Position numbers and translations under genes: made by a program
Notes under the pieces: generated by a model
What the model was told of the DNA's origin: nothing
Databases searched by the model: none
The model's input: the letters and a program-made list of their open reading frames with translations, nothing else
DNA from: Candidatus Omnitrophota bacterium
Lineage (GTDB): Bacteria; Omnitrophota; Gorgyraeia; Zapsychrales; Zapsychraceae
NCBI GenBank assembly: GCA_029261055.1
Contig: JAJDCA010000068.1
Coordinates: 5,275 to 69,274, forward strand
Reading direction: 5' to 3'
Length of the DNA stretch: 64,000 nucleotides
Shown here: positions 38,583 through 50,593 of the stretch, in pieces
How positions within the stretch are numbered: position 1 is the first letter of the stretch
How the letters are laid out: the number at the start of each line of letters is the position of its first letter

Positions 38583-39368
38583 TTATTTATTTACCGTACA
38601 GCAATTTTTAATAATAGCCGCAAATGCTTCGCTTTTTAGGCTGGCACCTCCGACAAGGGCGCCGTCAATATCCGGCTGGGACATCAACTCAGCTGTATTT
38701 TCAGGTTTGACGCTTCCACCATATTGAATACGCACCGTTTGTGCCATGTCTTCGCTGTGTAGCTTCATTATTTGATCACGAATAAATTTATGTACTTCCT
38801 GGGCTTGCTCCGGTGAAGCCGTTTTTCCGGTACCAATAGCCCAGACAGGTTCATAAGCAATAATCATTTTCTGAACTTCTTCACTTGAAAACCCAGCTAA
38901 AGATTCTGTGCATTGAGTTTGAATAACGTCAAAAGCTTTACCAGCTTCTCTCTCTTCCAGAAGCTCTCCGACACAAACAATAGGCGTTAAATTATGGTTT
39001 AACGCAGCTCTGATGCGCTTATTAACAGTCGCATTGGTTTCACCAAAAAATTGACGCCTTTCGGAATGGCCAATAATAACATACTCAACTCCAAGATCTT
39101 TTAATAATGGTCCGGATACTTCTCCGGTAAAGGCGCCGGCATCTTCCCAATAAATATTTTGAGCGCCAAGCTTAACATTGCTTTCCATGACAACATCCTG
39201 GACGACTGACAGAGCAGTAAACACAGGACAAATCACAACATCCACATCCATGACATCAGAAACTTCGCGCTTTAGTTCCGTTGCAAGATTAGCTGCCTCG
39301 GCAGATGTTTTATTTAATTTCCAATTTCCTGCAATAATAAGTTTTCTCATCTTTTTTATTCCTTTCAC
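38583..39368 (-). CDS. tpiA: Triose-phosphate isomerase
   Basis: AGNWKLNKT ... IIGHSERR ... [14 protein letters not shown]. The start is either 39368 (ATGA overlap with pgk) or the MRKLII Met at 39350. Confidence 0.92.
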   Translation of the reverse strand: MKGIKKMRKLIIAGNWKLNKTSAEAANLATELKREVSDVMDVDVVICPVFTALSVVQDVVMESNVKLGAQNIYWEDAGAFTGEVSGPLLKDLGVEYVIIGHSERRQFFGETNATVNKRIRAALNHNLTPIVCVGELLEEREAGKAFDVIQTQCTESLAGFSSEEVQKMIIAYEPVWAIGTGKTASPEQAQEVHKFIRDQIMKLHSEDMAQTVRIQYGGSVKPENTAELMSQPDIDGALVGGASLKSEAFAAIIKNCCTVNK

Positions 39369-40558
39369 GATACTTTTTCTTTGTCCGTCAAAGCCGCTAT
39401 TCCCGGTAATTCTTTTCCTTCTAACAGTTCAAGTGAAGCACCGCCACCTGTAGAAATATGTGTCATGGCATCGGCTACACCAAATTTACTTGCGGCAGCT
39501 GCAGAATCTCCGCCACCCACGATAGTGGTCACGCCTTTTAGCCCGGCTAAATGCTGCGCGATGGCTTTGGTACCTTCGGCGTAAGCATCTTTTTCAAAAA
39601 CCCCCAAAGGCCCATTCCAAACGACGGTCTTAGCTTCCGAAAGAATTTTCTTAAACCGCGTTATGGTTTCGGGACCAATATCAAGGCTTTCCCATCCATC
39701 CTCAATATCTTGAACAATTTTGCTATCTTCTGGTTTGTCAAATTCTTGAATCACTAGAAAGTCACTAGTAAGTTCAATGTTCACATTAGCTGCTTTGGCT
39801 TTTTCCAAAAGCGCTTTTGCGATTCCAACCTTATCTTCCTCTAATAAAGATTTTCCAATATTCTTTCCCTGGGCTTTAAGAAATGTGTAGGCCATACCGC
39901 CACCGATAATAATCGTGTCTGCTTTGGAAAGTAAATTTTCAATAAGAAGAATTTTATCAGAAACCTTTGCTCCACCTAAAATCACAACAAACGGTTTTTC
40001 AGGATTGTGAATGGCTCGCCCCAAAAAGGTAATTTCTTTTTCTAAAAGAAATCCGGCCGCAGAAGGTAAATATTTCGTCACACCTTCAGTTGAAGCATGG
40101 GCCCGATGGGCTGTGCCAAAGGCATCATTGACATAAACATCGGCTAATGAAGCTAATTGTTTGGCAAATTCAGGCTCATTTTTGGTCTCTTCTTTGTGAA
40201 AACGCAAATTTTCTAACAAAATAACCCGAGCATCACTTCCTTCTATGGCCGATTGAACCGCCTCACCGATGCACTCATCTAACTGCAAAACGGCTTCGCC
40301 AAGTAATTCTCCAAGCCGCTTTGCGGCGGGAGCAAGACTCATCGCCGCAACAATTTCTCCTTTAGGACGCCCTAAATGACTCATTAAAATAACTTTAGCA
40401 GGACTTTGCTCAAGAATGTACTTAATCGTCGGCAGGGCTGCCTGAATACGCATGTCATCCGTAATATTTTGCTGATCATCCAAAGGGACATTAAAATCAA
40501 CGCGGACAATAACCTTTTTCCCCTTTAAATCAAGATCTTTCACATTTATTTTTTCCAT
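39365..40558 (-). CDS. pgk: Phosphoglycerate kinase
   Basis: 397 aa; [10 protein letters not shown] ... SHLGRPKG ... [12 protein letters not shown]. Confidence 0.93.
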   Translation of the reverse strand: MEKINVKDLDLKGKKVIVRVDFNVPLDDQQNITDDMRIQAALPTIKYILEQSPAKVILMSHLGRPKGEIVAAMSLAPAAKRLGELLGEAVLQLDECIGEAVQSAIEGSDARVILLENLRFHKEETKNEPEFAKQLASLADVYVNDAFGTAHRAHASTEGVTKYLPSAAGFLLEKEITFLGRAIHNPEKPFVVILGGAKVSDKILLIENLLSKADTIIIGGGMAYTFLKAQGKNIGKSLLEEDKVGIAKALLEKAKAANVNIELTSDFLVIQEFDKPEDSKIVQDIEDGWESLDIGPETITRFKKILSEAKTVVWNGPLGVFEKDAYAEGTKAIAQHLAGLKGVTTIVGGGDSAAAASKFGVADAMTHISTGGGASLELLEGKELPGIAALTDKEKVS

Positions 40559-40663
40559 ATTATTACTCCTTTAAAAATAATTTGCTTATTATATCCAACA
40601 TTCTTATTTTGTCAACATGATGCCTTTTAAGAGATTACGCAACAATTAATTTTCGCGTAACTC

Positions 40664-42022
40664 CTAATCAGATTCTTTTAAATATATTTTTTGACACGCA
40701 ACAATAAGCCCCATGATTAACCACATAAGTGTGGTCAATTGAATAGCATAAAAATTAGTATCAAAAGCTCCGTGAATTAAAAACGCTAAAAGACCGGTCA
40801 AAGATCCAACAATAACAGAACGTCCAAATTTACTCTTAATTCGATCCAAAAATTTAAACGACATTCCATACAAAGAAATAATTACCCATAAAAAACCACC
40901 TAAACCAACAAGACCTATTTCCGCAATCATTTGCAAATAACAATTATGAACATAGTAGCTGCTCCAGTCTTTTCCATATTGGGGTGCTGTCAAAGAATAT
41001 GTATTAAGCCCTGTCCCCCACACAGGAGAAACACGGATGACCGTCATCGCTTCTTGCCAGAATTTATTCCTTCCGCTGCCCCCCAAACCCTTTAAAATAT
41101 TTCTTACTTTATCCCCCCAAACAATAGGGGTATTTCCTTCTAACTTCGACTGTTCTACATTATCCTGAACAAAAAAAACATCCCTCGACTTCATCATCAT
41201 AGGGGCAAACACCATAAGAAAAATGATGCAAATAGCCAAAGGCAAATACCATTTCTTTTTTTGATAACAAGCCACAAATAATAACGCCGTAAAAAAACCC
41301 AACCATGCCCCACGAGAATAGGTTAACCCCAAACAAATCATAGACAAAAGAAACAATAAAAAACAGCTCATACGTGCTTTCATCGATTTGGCGCCCTCTT
41401 TGACAATATTGAACAAAAGCAATGTCGTAACAATGAGATAAGCGGCAAAATCATTGGAATGCTTAAAAGAAGAGCTAACTCTTCCTGCCATAAGCAAAAA
41501 ACCACGGGTAAACCCACGTCCGTTAAAATACTGGACCAACCCATTGACCGTCACAAGCAGAACAGAAGCAAAAAAAGTAATAAGAAAAGCCTTTAACCTT
41601 TTAGGTGTATCCATACATTCCAAGAACACAAAATAAACCCCCCAGCCTTGAATAAGCTTACAAATAAAAGCCTTCACACTGACTGCTGGGTACTGACTAA
41701 AAAAGAGCACGATAAAATTAATAAAAATATAAATACCCAACGATTTATTTAAAAAATTAGGCTTTGGTTGAAAAATTTTTAAAAATAACTTTCCTCTTTG
41801 ACTTAAGGGAACACCCCCTTGCCCTGAAGCTACGTCTTTTAAATCAAAATTAAAAACAAATAATCTTTTTATAAAAAGGACAAACACAGCTACGCCTATC
41901 CAACTCTCAATAAGAGCGGTTGAAATAGGTAAAAAATAAATCAAAGCACACATGGAAAATACCATGATTTGATCAAAACGTTTTAATATTTTATCTCTAT
42001 TCATAACGATTTTAAAGGGCAT
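40664..42022 (-). CDS. O-antigen ligase/polymerase family (Wzy_C) polytopic membrane protein
   Basis: Multiple TM segments; YSRGAWLGFF and HNCYLQMIAEIGLVGLGGFL resemble the Wzy_C motif. Confidence 0.6.
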   Translation of the reverse strand: MPFKIVMNRDKILKRFDQIMVFSMCALIYFLPISTALIESWIGVAVFVLFIKRLFVFNFDLKDVASGQGGVPLSQRGKLFLKIFQPKPNFLNKSLGIYIFINFIVLFFSQYPAVSVKAFICKLIQGWGVYFVFLECMDTPKRLKAFLITFFASVLLVTVNGLVQYFNGRGFTRGFLLMAGRVSSSFKHSNDFAAYLIVTTLLLFNIVKEGAKSMKARMSCFLLFLLSMICLGLTYSRGAWLGFFTALLFVACYQKKKWYLPLAICIIFLMVFAPMMMKSRDVFFVQDNVEQSKLEGNTPIVWGDKVRNILKGLGGSGRNKFWQEAMTVIRVSPVWGTGLNTYSLTAPQYGKDWSSYYVHNCYLQMIAEIGLVGLGGFLWVIISLYGMSFKFLDRIKSKFGRSVIVGSLTGLLAFLIHGAFDTNFYAIQLTTLMWLIMGLIVACQKIYLKESD

Positions 42023-42036
42023 GATAAATCATGCCC

Positions 42037-43119
<1,083 letters not shown>

Positions 43120-44544
43120 TTAATAAGCTCCACTTCCTTTAAAAACAACAGGTATGGTTTGCCAAAGAATGTTGACATCCAACCAAAAGGACCAATTGTT
43201 AATATACCAAGTATCCCATTTAACTAATCTTTTAAACGAAATATCACTACGCCCCCGAATTTGCCATAACCCTGTAATGCCCGGCCGAACCTCGAGCCGC
43301 TTCAATTGTTTAAAATCTTCCCTCTCCACCTGATGCAAAGGTAACGGGCGGGGCCCAACCAGGCTCATGTTTCCAGCCATAACATTCATTATTTGAGGTA
43401 ATTCATCTAGACTGTATTTTCTTAAAAACTTTCCTATTTTTGTAACCCGCGGATCCTTTTTCATTTTAAATATCGGACCATCTACTTCATTTTTATCCTG
43501 CATTTTCTTCAAAGCCTCATCAGCATCTCTCACCATACTTCTAAACTTCAACATATTAAACTTCTTTCCCCCTCGACCATATCGATGAGAAAGATAAAAA
43601 ATAGGACCAGAACTATCTAACTTAATAGAAATCATAAGAAGTAAAAATACCGGAAAAAGTACAACCATTAAAATTGAAGCCGCAATAAAATCAAATATCC
43701 TTTTCCCAATTTGCACCCGAAAAGGAGCCGCATCACAATATTCCAAAATAGGAATAAATCCAATATTATATTTACAAAATTCGCCAGGCATTAATTCAAA
43801 ACCTTGAGGAACCACACGAACAGCAATACCCAATTTCTTGGCCTGCCCAAGTAACTTTAGAAATACACGACTGTCGTGATGGGTTGTAATAAAAACTTTA
43901 TCTATAAATTCCCTACGTACGATACTGGAAAAATCATTAATTTTCCCTAATACACTCAAGCTATTATTTTCCAAAGGCGTATCTTTAAAATCATCCAAAT
44001 AACCAACAACCTTAATACCTAATCCCGGCTTTTTCTTAATTTCGTCAGCCAAGGCTGTGCCAACACGTCCAGCTCCAATAATCAAAGCATTAAAATTGTT
44101 ATACCCTTGCCTGACTAAATAATCGACAAAAAATCTCTTAAAAATTCTCCATATGGAAAAGAATGCGGCTAAAAAAATAGTGACCATCAACAAAATAGAT
44201 CTTGGAAAATCTTCTATCTTAAGAAGATATATGGCAACAATTACAATTAAAGCAGATAAAAGAGTAGACTTAACGACCTGCCATATTTCGATGGTTTCAA
44301 AAATTTCACGTTTGGTTTGATAAAGACCATAGGAATTATTTAAAAAAACTGTTACTAAGGCCCAAAAAAAGAATACTGGTCGGTAAGGATTGACTGTGGT
44401 TAAAAAAAAGTTATGCCATGTCACTTGAAAAGGTAATGTTGACTCTCTGACCCAACAAACAAAAAATAAGGCAAGGCCAAAAAAAACAACATCAATAAAC
44501 ATGTAAAAACATTTGATACAAAGATAACGCGTAAATTTAATCAT
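43120..44544 (-). CDS. Polyprenyl-phosphate glycosyl-1-phosphate transferase (WbaP/bacterial sugar transferase family), polysaccharide initiating enzyme
   Basis: C-terminal domain RIFDFIAASILMVVLFPVFLL...DELPQIMNVMAGNMSLVGPRP; N-terminal TM region. Confidence 0.8.
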   Translation of the reverse strand: MIKFTRYLCIKCFYMFIDVVFFGLALFFVCWVRESTLPFQVTWHNFFLTTVNPYRPVFFFWALVTVFLNNSYGLYQTKREIFETIEIWQVVKSTLLSALIVIVAIYLLKIEDFPRSILLMVTIFLAAFFSIWRIFKRFFVDYLVRQGYNNFNALIIGAGRVGTALADEIKKKPGLGIKVVGYLDDFKDTPLENNSLSVLGKINDFSSIVRREFIDKVFITTHHDSRVFLKLLGQAKKLGIAVRVVPQGFELMPGEFCKYNIGFIPILEYCDAAPFRVQIGKRIFDFIAASILMVVLFPVFLLLMISIKLDSSGPIFYLSHRYGRGGKKFNMLKFRSMVRDADEALKKMQDKNEVDGPIFKMKKDPRVTKIGKFLRKYSLDELPQIMNVMAGNMSLVGPRPLPLHQVEREDFKQLKRLEVRPGITGLWQIRGRSDISFKRLVKWDTWYINNWSFWLDVNILWQTIPVVFKGSGAY

Positions 44545-44629
44545 AAAAATAAACTACCTCGGAGCAAGCCTCGGGGAATTAAACCCGCTTTGGAGATTGG
44601 CAGAATAATTTTTTTGGCCAATCTCTTAA

Positions 44630-45439
44630 TTAACTATCGCCTGACGACTGCCGTCTTAATAATAAATCCTTAACCACCCAATACACAAACTGTGTATTAC
44701 CAATAAGATATCTTTTCCACAGGCGCCTGGGTTCACTGCAAAGACGAAAAAACCATTCCAATCCGCTTCGCTGTACCCAGCGTGGCGCTTGCTTTTTTAC
44801 TCCTGCCAAAAAATCAAATGCGGCGCCTACTCCAATCATCACAGGAACATCCAATTTCTCCCGGTGCTGAGACATCCAATAATCCTGCTTGGGAGAACCT
44901 AACCCAACCCATAAAACATCCGGTGCCGCCTGATTAATTTTTTCAAGAACACCTTCATCTTCCCATTCTTTTATTCCACGAAACGGCGGCGCATAACTAC
45001 CAACAATTTGAGAATGAGGATATTGCTCTTTAAGCTTCTTGGACAATAAATTATTTGTCTCTTGTGTCCCCCCATAAAAAAAATGTTTATGCCCTTTATC
45101 TTGACCAAAATCACACATGGCTTGCATAAGATCTGGCCCGTATGTACGGTTAATTGTCTTCTTCCCTTTGAATTTCCCGACCCAGACCAATGGCATACCA
45201 TCCGGCGTCGTCATTCCGGATCCATTAATAATTTCACGGTATTGAGCATCTTTTTGGCAATCAACAAGAGTGGCTACGGGAGCAATACATACATACGTTT
45301 TCCGCCCCTCCTTAATCCAGCCCTCTATCGATAGACACGCCTGCTGAAGATTAGTAACAGCAACCTTGACACCCAGCAAGTCAAAACTCTCAACCACAGA
45401 ACCTATCTCCTCATACCTGATATGCTGCGCCCATTGCAA
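44630..45439 (-). CDS. WecB/TagA/CpsF family glycosyltransferase
   Basis: 269 aa with TagA-family features (GSGMTTPDGMPLVW..., YGGTQETNNLL). Confidence 0.7.
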   Translation of the reverse strand: MQWAQHIRYEEIGSVVESFDLLGVKVAVTNLQQACLSIEGWIKEGRKTYVCIAPVATLVDCQKDAQYREIINGSGMTTPDGMPLVWVGKFKGKKTINRTYGPDLMQAMCDFGQDKGHKHFFYGGTQETNNLLSKKLKEQYPHSQIVGSYAPPFRGIKEWEDEGVLEKINQAAPDVLWVGLGSPKQDYWMSQHREKLDVPVMIGVGAAFDFLAGVKKQAPRWVQRSGLEWFFRLCSEPRRLWKRYLIGNTQFVYWVVKDLLLRRQSSGDS

Positions 45440-45526
45440 TAAAAATTAAGAAGTTATTCTACTATAAAAAATAAAATTATCCATAAGAATTCCTTTCCGT
45501 AAGCATAAATAAAGTAACCCATCTCC

Positions 45527-46624
45527 TTAACAATTCTTACCAATCTTTCGCCAGGTAAATGTTGAGCTAACGGCATAATTCCATACAAAACCTATAATGG
45601 CCCCTAAAACACCTGCCATCCACCATGGAATATTTGTATTATAAAGAGAGGTTGCAATATAAATATTCGCAACTGCGCCTACACTGCACGCAATATAAAA
45701 CGAGCCTATTCCTCGAAGAAAATGCCATCCTTTTAACTGCAAATCATTAGAAGTAAAAATATTATTCAACAAAAAATTAGCCGTTATAGCCATAATAGCC
45801 GTTAATAATTGCGCTGTTTGAAAATTAAAACCAATATTTTTCAAAAGAAATCCCAACACTCCAATATGAACAACGGCTCCCCCTAATGCAATGAAAACAA
45901 ACATCACAAAATTGACAGGAATAAAACGCCCGATTAATTTATCCGCAATTAAAATAAAATATTCCCACATAACCAGCATATCTAGTTTACTTTCTCCACT
46001 ATGTCGTTTGCGAAAGCTAAAAGGCAGCTCCTTAAAACTAACCTTCCCAGGAGCAGACGCAAAAATATCTGCCAATATCTTAAACCCTCTCCCGTTAAAC
46101 CTATAAACGACTTTCTCAAAAAGACTCCTCTTTAACATAAAAAACCCACTCATTGGATCACTAACTTCTGCCTTTAAGAAAAATTTTGCTAAAAATGTAG
46201 CTAATCGGCTAGCCTTAAAGCGCGCCTTATTTAAACCATCTGCTCCGCCTCCTTCAATATATCTACTGCCAATAACAATACTGACACTTTCTGACTTTAA
46301 AACCTTGAGCATTTTTGGTAATAACGATTCATCATGTTGCAAATCGGCATCCATCACGGCTAAATAAGGAGCTGAACTTGCCAGTATTCCTTCAATACAT
46401 GCAGACGATAACCCACGTCGACCGATCCTTTGCAAACAACGCACACGGCTGTCATGCAAAGCTATTTCCCTAACCAACTTATTTGTTCCATCACGAGAAT
46501 CATCATCAACAAAAATAGCCTCCCAAGAAACGCCGTCCAATACTTGCCCTATTTTCTTAAGAAGAAGACGAATATTATCCCGCTCATTATATGTTGGAAT
46601 AATAACCGATAGTTCTGCCCCCAT
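45527..46624 (-). CDS. GT2 polyprenyl-phosphate sugar synthase (Dpm1-like) fused to a GtrA-like C-terminal membrane domain
   Basis: LSVIIPTYNERDNI...VDDDSRDGT...AVMDADLQHD, plus C-terminal TM helices. Confidence 0.7.
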   Translation of the reverse strand: MGAELSVIIPTYNERDNIRLLLKKIGQVLDGVSWEAIFVDDDSRDGTNKLVREIALHDSRVRCLQRIGRRGLSSACIEGILASSAPYLAVMDADLQHDESLLPKMLKVLKSESVSIVIGSRYIEGGGADGLNKARFKASRLATFLAKFFLKAEVSDPMSGFFMLKRSLFEKVVYRFNGRGFKILADIFASAPGKVSFKELPFSFRKRHSGESKLDMLVMWEYFILIADKLIGRFIPVNFVMFVFIALGGAVVHIGVLGFLLKNIGFNFQTAQLLTAIMAITANFLLNNIFTSNDLQLKGWHFLRGIGSFYIACSVGAVANIYIATSLYNTNIPWWMAGVLGAIIGFVWNYAVSSTFTWRKIGKNC

Positions 46625-46903
46625 ACCCTTTATATCCTTTCCCTAAAAAAAATTATTTGCATTTTTTAATAACACTGATCCGATGATTTTTCATAATTTA
46701 GCATAATATCTTAAAATAAAAAGTATTTTAATCCATAAGAACGCCTCCATCCTAATAAGGCTTATCTCCAAGTAAATCAAAGTTCTCCATCACGACACCA
46801 CCTAATCTTACTATGTAAAATGATTTACATCACATTGTTCTATTGTTAAAATAATTTTTTATTCTACTACAAAAAAATAAATTATCCATAAATAGGAGCC
46901 CGC

Positions 46904-49183
46904 ATGTTTGCCATCTTCCCTTTATTATGTTTCATTTTTTCCTGGCTTTCCTTTCAAAAAAAACAAGGGACAATTCTCGGATGGCGAGGTTCCTTTCTTT
47001 CAGCTGCACTGATTTGGGGGCTCTTAGTCGTTGTCAGCACAGAAGTTTTAAGCCTGCTTCACGCTATCTCCTTCGCTCCTATCCTTATTTTCTGGATAAT
47101 CGCAGCCAGCATTGCTGCCGCCTGCTTTTTTTTAGATTCAAAAAGTAAACCACTTATAATCACATGGCCTAATCCAAAACTGTCTCTTTTTGAAATTTTG
47201 CTTTTATCCTGCCTAGGTTTGATCATCCTAATAATCGGGCTTATTGCCTTTACGGCCCCGCCAAACACATGGGATTCCATGACTTACCATATGAGCCGCG
47301 TCATGCATTGGATACAAAATCATAGCATTATAAATTATCCCACGCATATCCTGCGTCAGCTTTGGCTAGGACCCTATGCCGAATTTTCTATTCTACATTT
47401 ACACATTTTAAGCGGCAGCGATCGGTTGGCCAACCTGGTCCAATGGTTCAGCATGGTAGGAAGTGTTTGCGGAGTATCCTTCCTCGCTAAACAACTCAAT
47501 GCTAACCGACATGGCCAAATTCTCTCATCTATTGTTGCAGCCACCATCCCCATGGGCATTCTGCAAGCTTCTAGCACGCAAAACGATTACGTGGTAACTT
47601 TTTGGTTGATTTGTTTTACCTGCTTCTTTTTTCTATTCAAGAAACAAACAAAATGGATCTATACCCTCCCCATGGCATTGAGCCTGGGATTGGCACTATT
47701 AACCAAGGGCACAGCTTACATCTACGCTTTCCCATTTATGGTCTGGTGGTTTTTGGCAAACCTAAAGACATGCCGCCGTCAGATATGGAAACCTTTGCTA
47801 ACTGTCTTCCTATGTATTTTCATCCTTAATGGTGGGCAGTATTATCGTAATTTTAATCTCGGGGGGCACATCATTTCGCCTACGAATCTTAGTAAGAATG
47901 TATCTAACAAAACTTTTGGTATCCGTCCTCTGGCCATCAATGTCATCCGTAACGCGGCTATGCATTGTACGACCTCATTTCCTCGACTTAACAAAACAAT
48001 AGAAAAAACGGTCCTTCGTCTGCACGACACCTTAGGCATAGCACCAGACGACCCCAGACTAACCTATGGCGGCAAATTTCTCATCCCCAGGCTCCGAACC
48101 CACGAAGATCATGCAGGCAATCCTGTTCACATAATGTTTATTCTCATTTGTATAATTCTTTTTTGCCTGCGTTATCGCCGAGAATCTTCCAACTTAAAGA
48201 AATATTTCTTTTCTATTTTAGGCTGTTTTCTTTTATTTTGCCTTTATATTAAATGGCAACCCTGGCACAGCCGTTTACATCTACCCATGTTTATTCTCTA
48301 CGCGCCATTCATCGGAATAGTTGTATCTCAAACTTCAAAATTTCAATTAGCAAATATAATAACTATTTTCTTCCTTTTCTCAGCAAAACCTTATTTGCTC
48401 CATAACGCTTCCCGCCCATTATTTTCTGTCCATAACACCATATTTAGTATTTCCAGAACAAATCAATATTTTACAAACCGGCCTGACCTGCAACAATCTT
48501 ATCTTAATACAAGTCAATACATCCAATCCATTGAATGCTCCGATATTGGAATTATGATCGGCACAGATTCCTGGGAATACCCTTTGTGGCCTCTAATCAA
48601 AAAAAATAATACAAAAAACTACCGGTTGGAACATATTGAAGTAAATAACCTCTCGCTAAAGAAAACTGAAAACTACCCTTTAAGTAATTTTCTTCCCTGT
48701 GCTATTGTCAAAGCTGACGGCGACAATACAAAAATACAATTCGATGAGAACACATTCATAAAGACACGAAAATTCCACAATATGAATATTTTCCTAAAGG
48801 ACACATCCGGCCGCCTCGTCAAAGAAAATCTAATCTACCACTTCAACAGAAGTTTTAAACTGACTCAAATGGCAAATGAACTCATGAAAAAGAATAAAAA
48901 CAATGGTTCTTTAGATAAAAAAAATACATTAAGATTAATTCATATCCGACGGGAAGAATTAAACGAAGCTAAAACTGTGGATACTGAAGAGTTAAACAAT
49001 ATTTACCCAAACTTTGGCAACCTCTTTAAAGAACATTTTGTAAAAGGCTTAGAATTACGTCTAGCCGGGCTCGGAACATCTAACCCATCTAAATACAAAC
49101 ACGGGGAAATGCTCATTGCCAAATTCAATCTATGGATGAATCAAAATAAAGTCGGTATTGCACAAGGATTTAAAACATATTAG
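46904..49183 (+). CDS. Large polytopic membrane protein, putative GT-C-fold glycosyltransferase (the only plus-strand gene)
   Basis: 759 aa with ~12 predicted TM helices in the first 500 aa and a soluble C-terminal domain. Transcribed divergently from the Dpm1-like gene; assignment is by context only. Confidence 0.35.
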   Translation: MFAIFPLLCFIFSWLSFQKKQGTILGWRGSFLSAALIWGLLVVVSTEVLSLLHAISFAPILIFWIIAASIAAACFFLDSKSKPLIITWPNPKLSLFEILLLSCLGLIILIIGLIAFTAPPNTWDSMTYHMSRVMHWIQNHSIINYPTHILRQLWLGPYAEFSILHLHILSGSDRLANLVQWFSMVGSVCGVSFLAKQLNANRHGQILSSIVAATIPMGILQASSTQNDYVVTFWLICFTCFFFLFKKQTKWIYTLPMALSLGLALLTKGTAYIYAFPFMVWWFLANLKTCRRQIWKPLLTVFLCIFILNGGQYYRNFNLGGHIISPTNLSKNVSNKTFGIRPLAINVIRNAAMHCTTSFPRLNKTIEKTVLRLHDTLGIAPDDPRLTYGGKFLIPRLRTHEDHAGNPVHIMFILICIILFCLRYRRESSNLKKYFFSILGCFLLFCLYIKWQPWHSRLHLPMFILYAPFIGIVVSQTSKFQLANIITIFFLFSAKPYLLHNASRPLFSVHNTIFSISRTNQYFTNRPDLQQSYLNTSQYIQSIECSDIGIMIGTDSWEYPLWPLIKKNNTKNYRLEHIEVNNLSLKKTENYPLSNFLPCAIVKADGDNTKIQFDENTFIKTRKFHNMNIFLKDTSGRLVKENLIYHFNRSFKLTQMANELMKKNKNNGSLDKKNTLRLIHIRREELNEAKTVDTEELNNIYPNFGNLFKEHFVKGLELRLAGLGTSNPSKYKHGEMLIAKFNLWMNQNKVGIAQGFKTY

Positions 49184-49187
49184 ACAT

Positions 49188-50591
49188 TTAAGCTGTTTTT
49201 CCTGCAGGGTTCATGAGTATCCAATGATAGAATCGGCGCATTAAAAACTGAAAATGCCTAAAAGATTTAATCGCCATTATATTAATAAAGAATACCTTAG
49301 GATTAAAATAAAAAGACAGAAAAGCCTTTCGTTTCAACGACAACAATTCTTTCCGTGAAATCCCCTGCGGAGTGTACGGGGCTGTCATAAACAAAAAATT
49401 ATTCCAGTCTACTTTTTCAATTTCTCCCGAAGCCACTAACTCATTATAACTCTCCGTCCCTGGAAGCGGCAGATAGGTAAAGAAATTGGCTCGAATCACT
49501 CCTAATTCTTTGGAAAGTCGGATCGTTGCGTTCATTTCTTCTCGAGTTTCTCCGGGATATCCCAAAATAAAAAAAGCGGCAACCGAGAACCCATGTTTTT
49601 TTATAAGAGCTACATTCTGACGCATTTTTTCTACTGTTGTCGCTTTTTTCATTTTCTTTAAAATACGGTCAGAGCCAGACTCAATGGCGACCGTCACAAG
49701 ATACTGACCAGCCTCCTTCATCAACTCTAATATCTCATCATCCAAACGGTCCATACGAATACCATTAGGCGTAGCCAAACTAATATCTAACTTAAGATCA
49801 ATAATCCCTCGCAAGACCGATTTACAATAATCCATATCAAATGTAAAATTATCATCAACAATATGAAACTCGCGCACCCCTCGTTCATAAAGCATAGTAA
49901 TATGTTTTTGAATATATTCTACACTGTGATGCCGTAGCTGCTTTCCCGACATTCTCGGAGCTGAACAAAATTTACATGAATAAGGACAACCCCGCGTTGT
50001 CATAATCGGAGCAATAGGAAATTTCTCATAAAAAGCACCATGCTGCGATTCAGGATACGTTTCCGGTGGCATCAAATCCCATGCAGGAAACCCCAAGGCA
50101 TCCAAATCCTGAACAAAGGCTGGAGGGTTTTGCACAATCTTCCCCTCTTGGTTTTTCCATATGAGCCCTTCAATGCCATCAAAAACTTTTTCTTTGCTCT
50201 CCAATGCCGATAAAAACTTTGGAAACCCAATCTCGCTTTCACTATTAAAAGCATAATCTACATAAGGATGAAACTGTTCAAAAGATTCGGAAGGAATGGA
50301 AGAAATGTGCGCGCCACCAACGACTGTTATTTTCTCAGGAAAAGCTTCTTTAATAATCTTTAACATCCTGAAAACTTTAGGCGTGTCAAAAGTATAACAT
50401 TGCACCCCAATCAAATCAGGATCGTGCTTAGCAACAACATCCTTCATCTCTTCATTAGACGTATTTTCTTTAATACAATCATAGATAACAACATCATGAT
50501 CTTTTCTAATCTGTGTCGCCAGATATCCCAAACCTAGGGAGGGCTGGATATGATCTGCTAAATTATTTGGTTTTACGAGAAGTACTTTCAT
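49188..50591 (-). CDS. B12-binding radical SAM protein
   Basis: N-terminal B12-binding domain (MKVLLVKPNN..., ITVVGGAHISS) and CPYSCKFC (a CxxxCxxC motif). Confidence 0.75.
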   Translation of the reverse strand: MKVLLVKPNNLADHIQPSLGLGYLATQIRKDHDVVIYDCIKENTSNEEMKDVVAKHDPDLIGVQCYTFDTPKVFRMLKIIKEAFPEKITVVGGAHISSIPSESFEQFHPYVDYAFNSESEIGFPKFLSALESKEKVFDGIEGLIWKNQEGKIVQNPPAFVQDLDALGFPAWDLMPPETYPESQHGAFYEKFPIAPIMTTRGCPYSCKFCSAPRMSGKQLRHHSVEYIQKHITMLYERGVREFHIVDDNFTFDMDYCKSVLRGIIDLKLDISLATPNGIRMDRLDDEILELMKEAGQYLVTVAIESGSDRILKKMKKATTVEKMRQNVALIKKHGFSVAAFFILGYPGETREEMNATIRLSKELGVIRANFFTYLPLPGTESYNELVASGEIEKVDWNNFLFMTAPYTPQGISRKELLSLKRKAFLSFYFNPKVFFINIMAIKSFRHFQFLMRRFYHWILMNPAGKTA

Positions 50592-50593
50592 AT

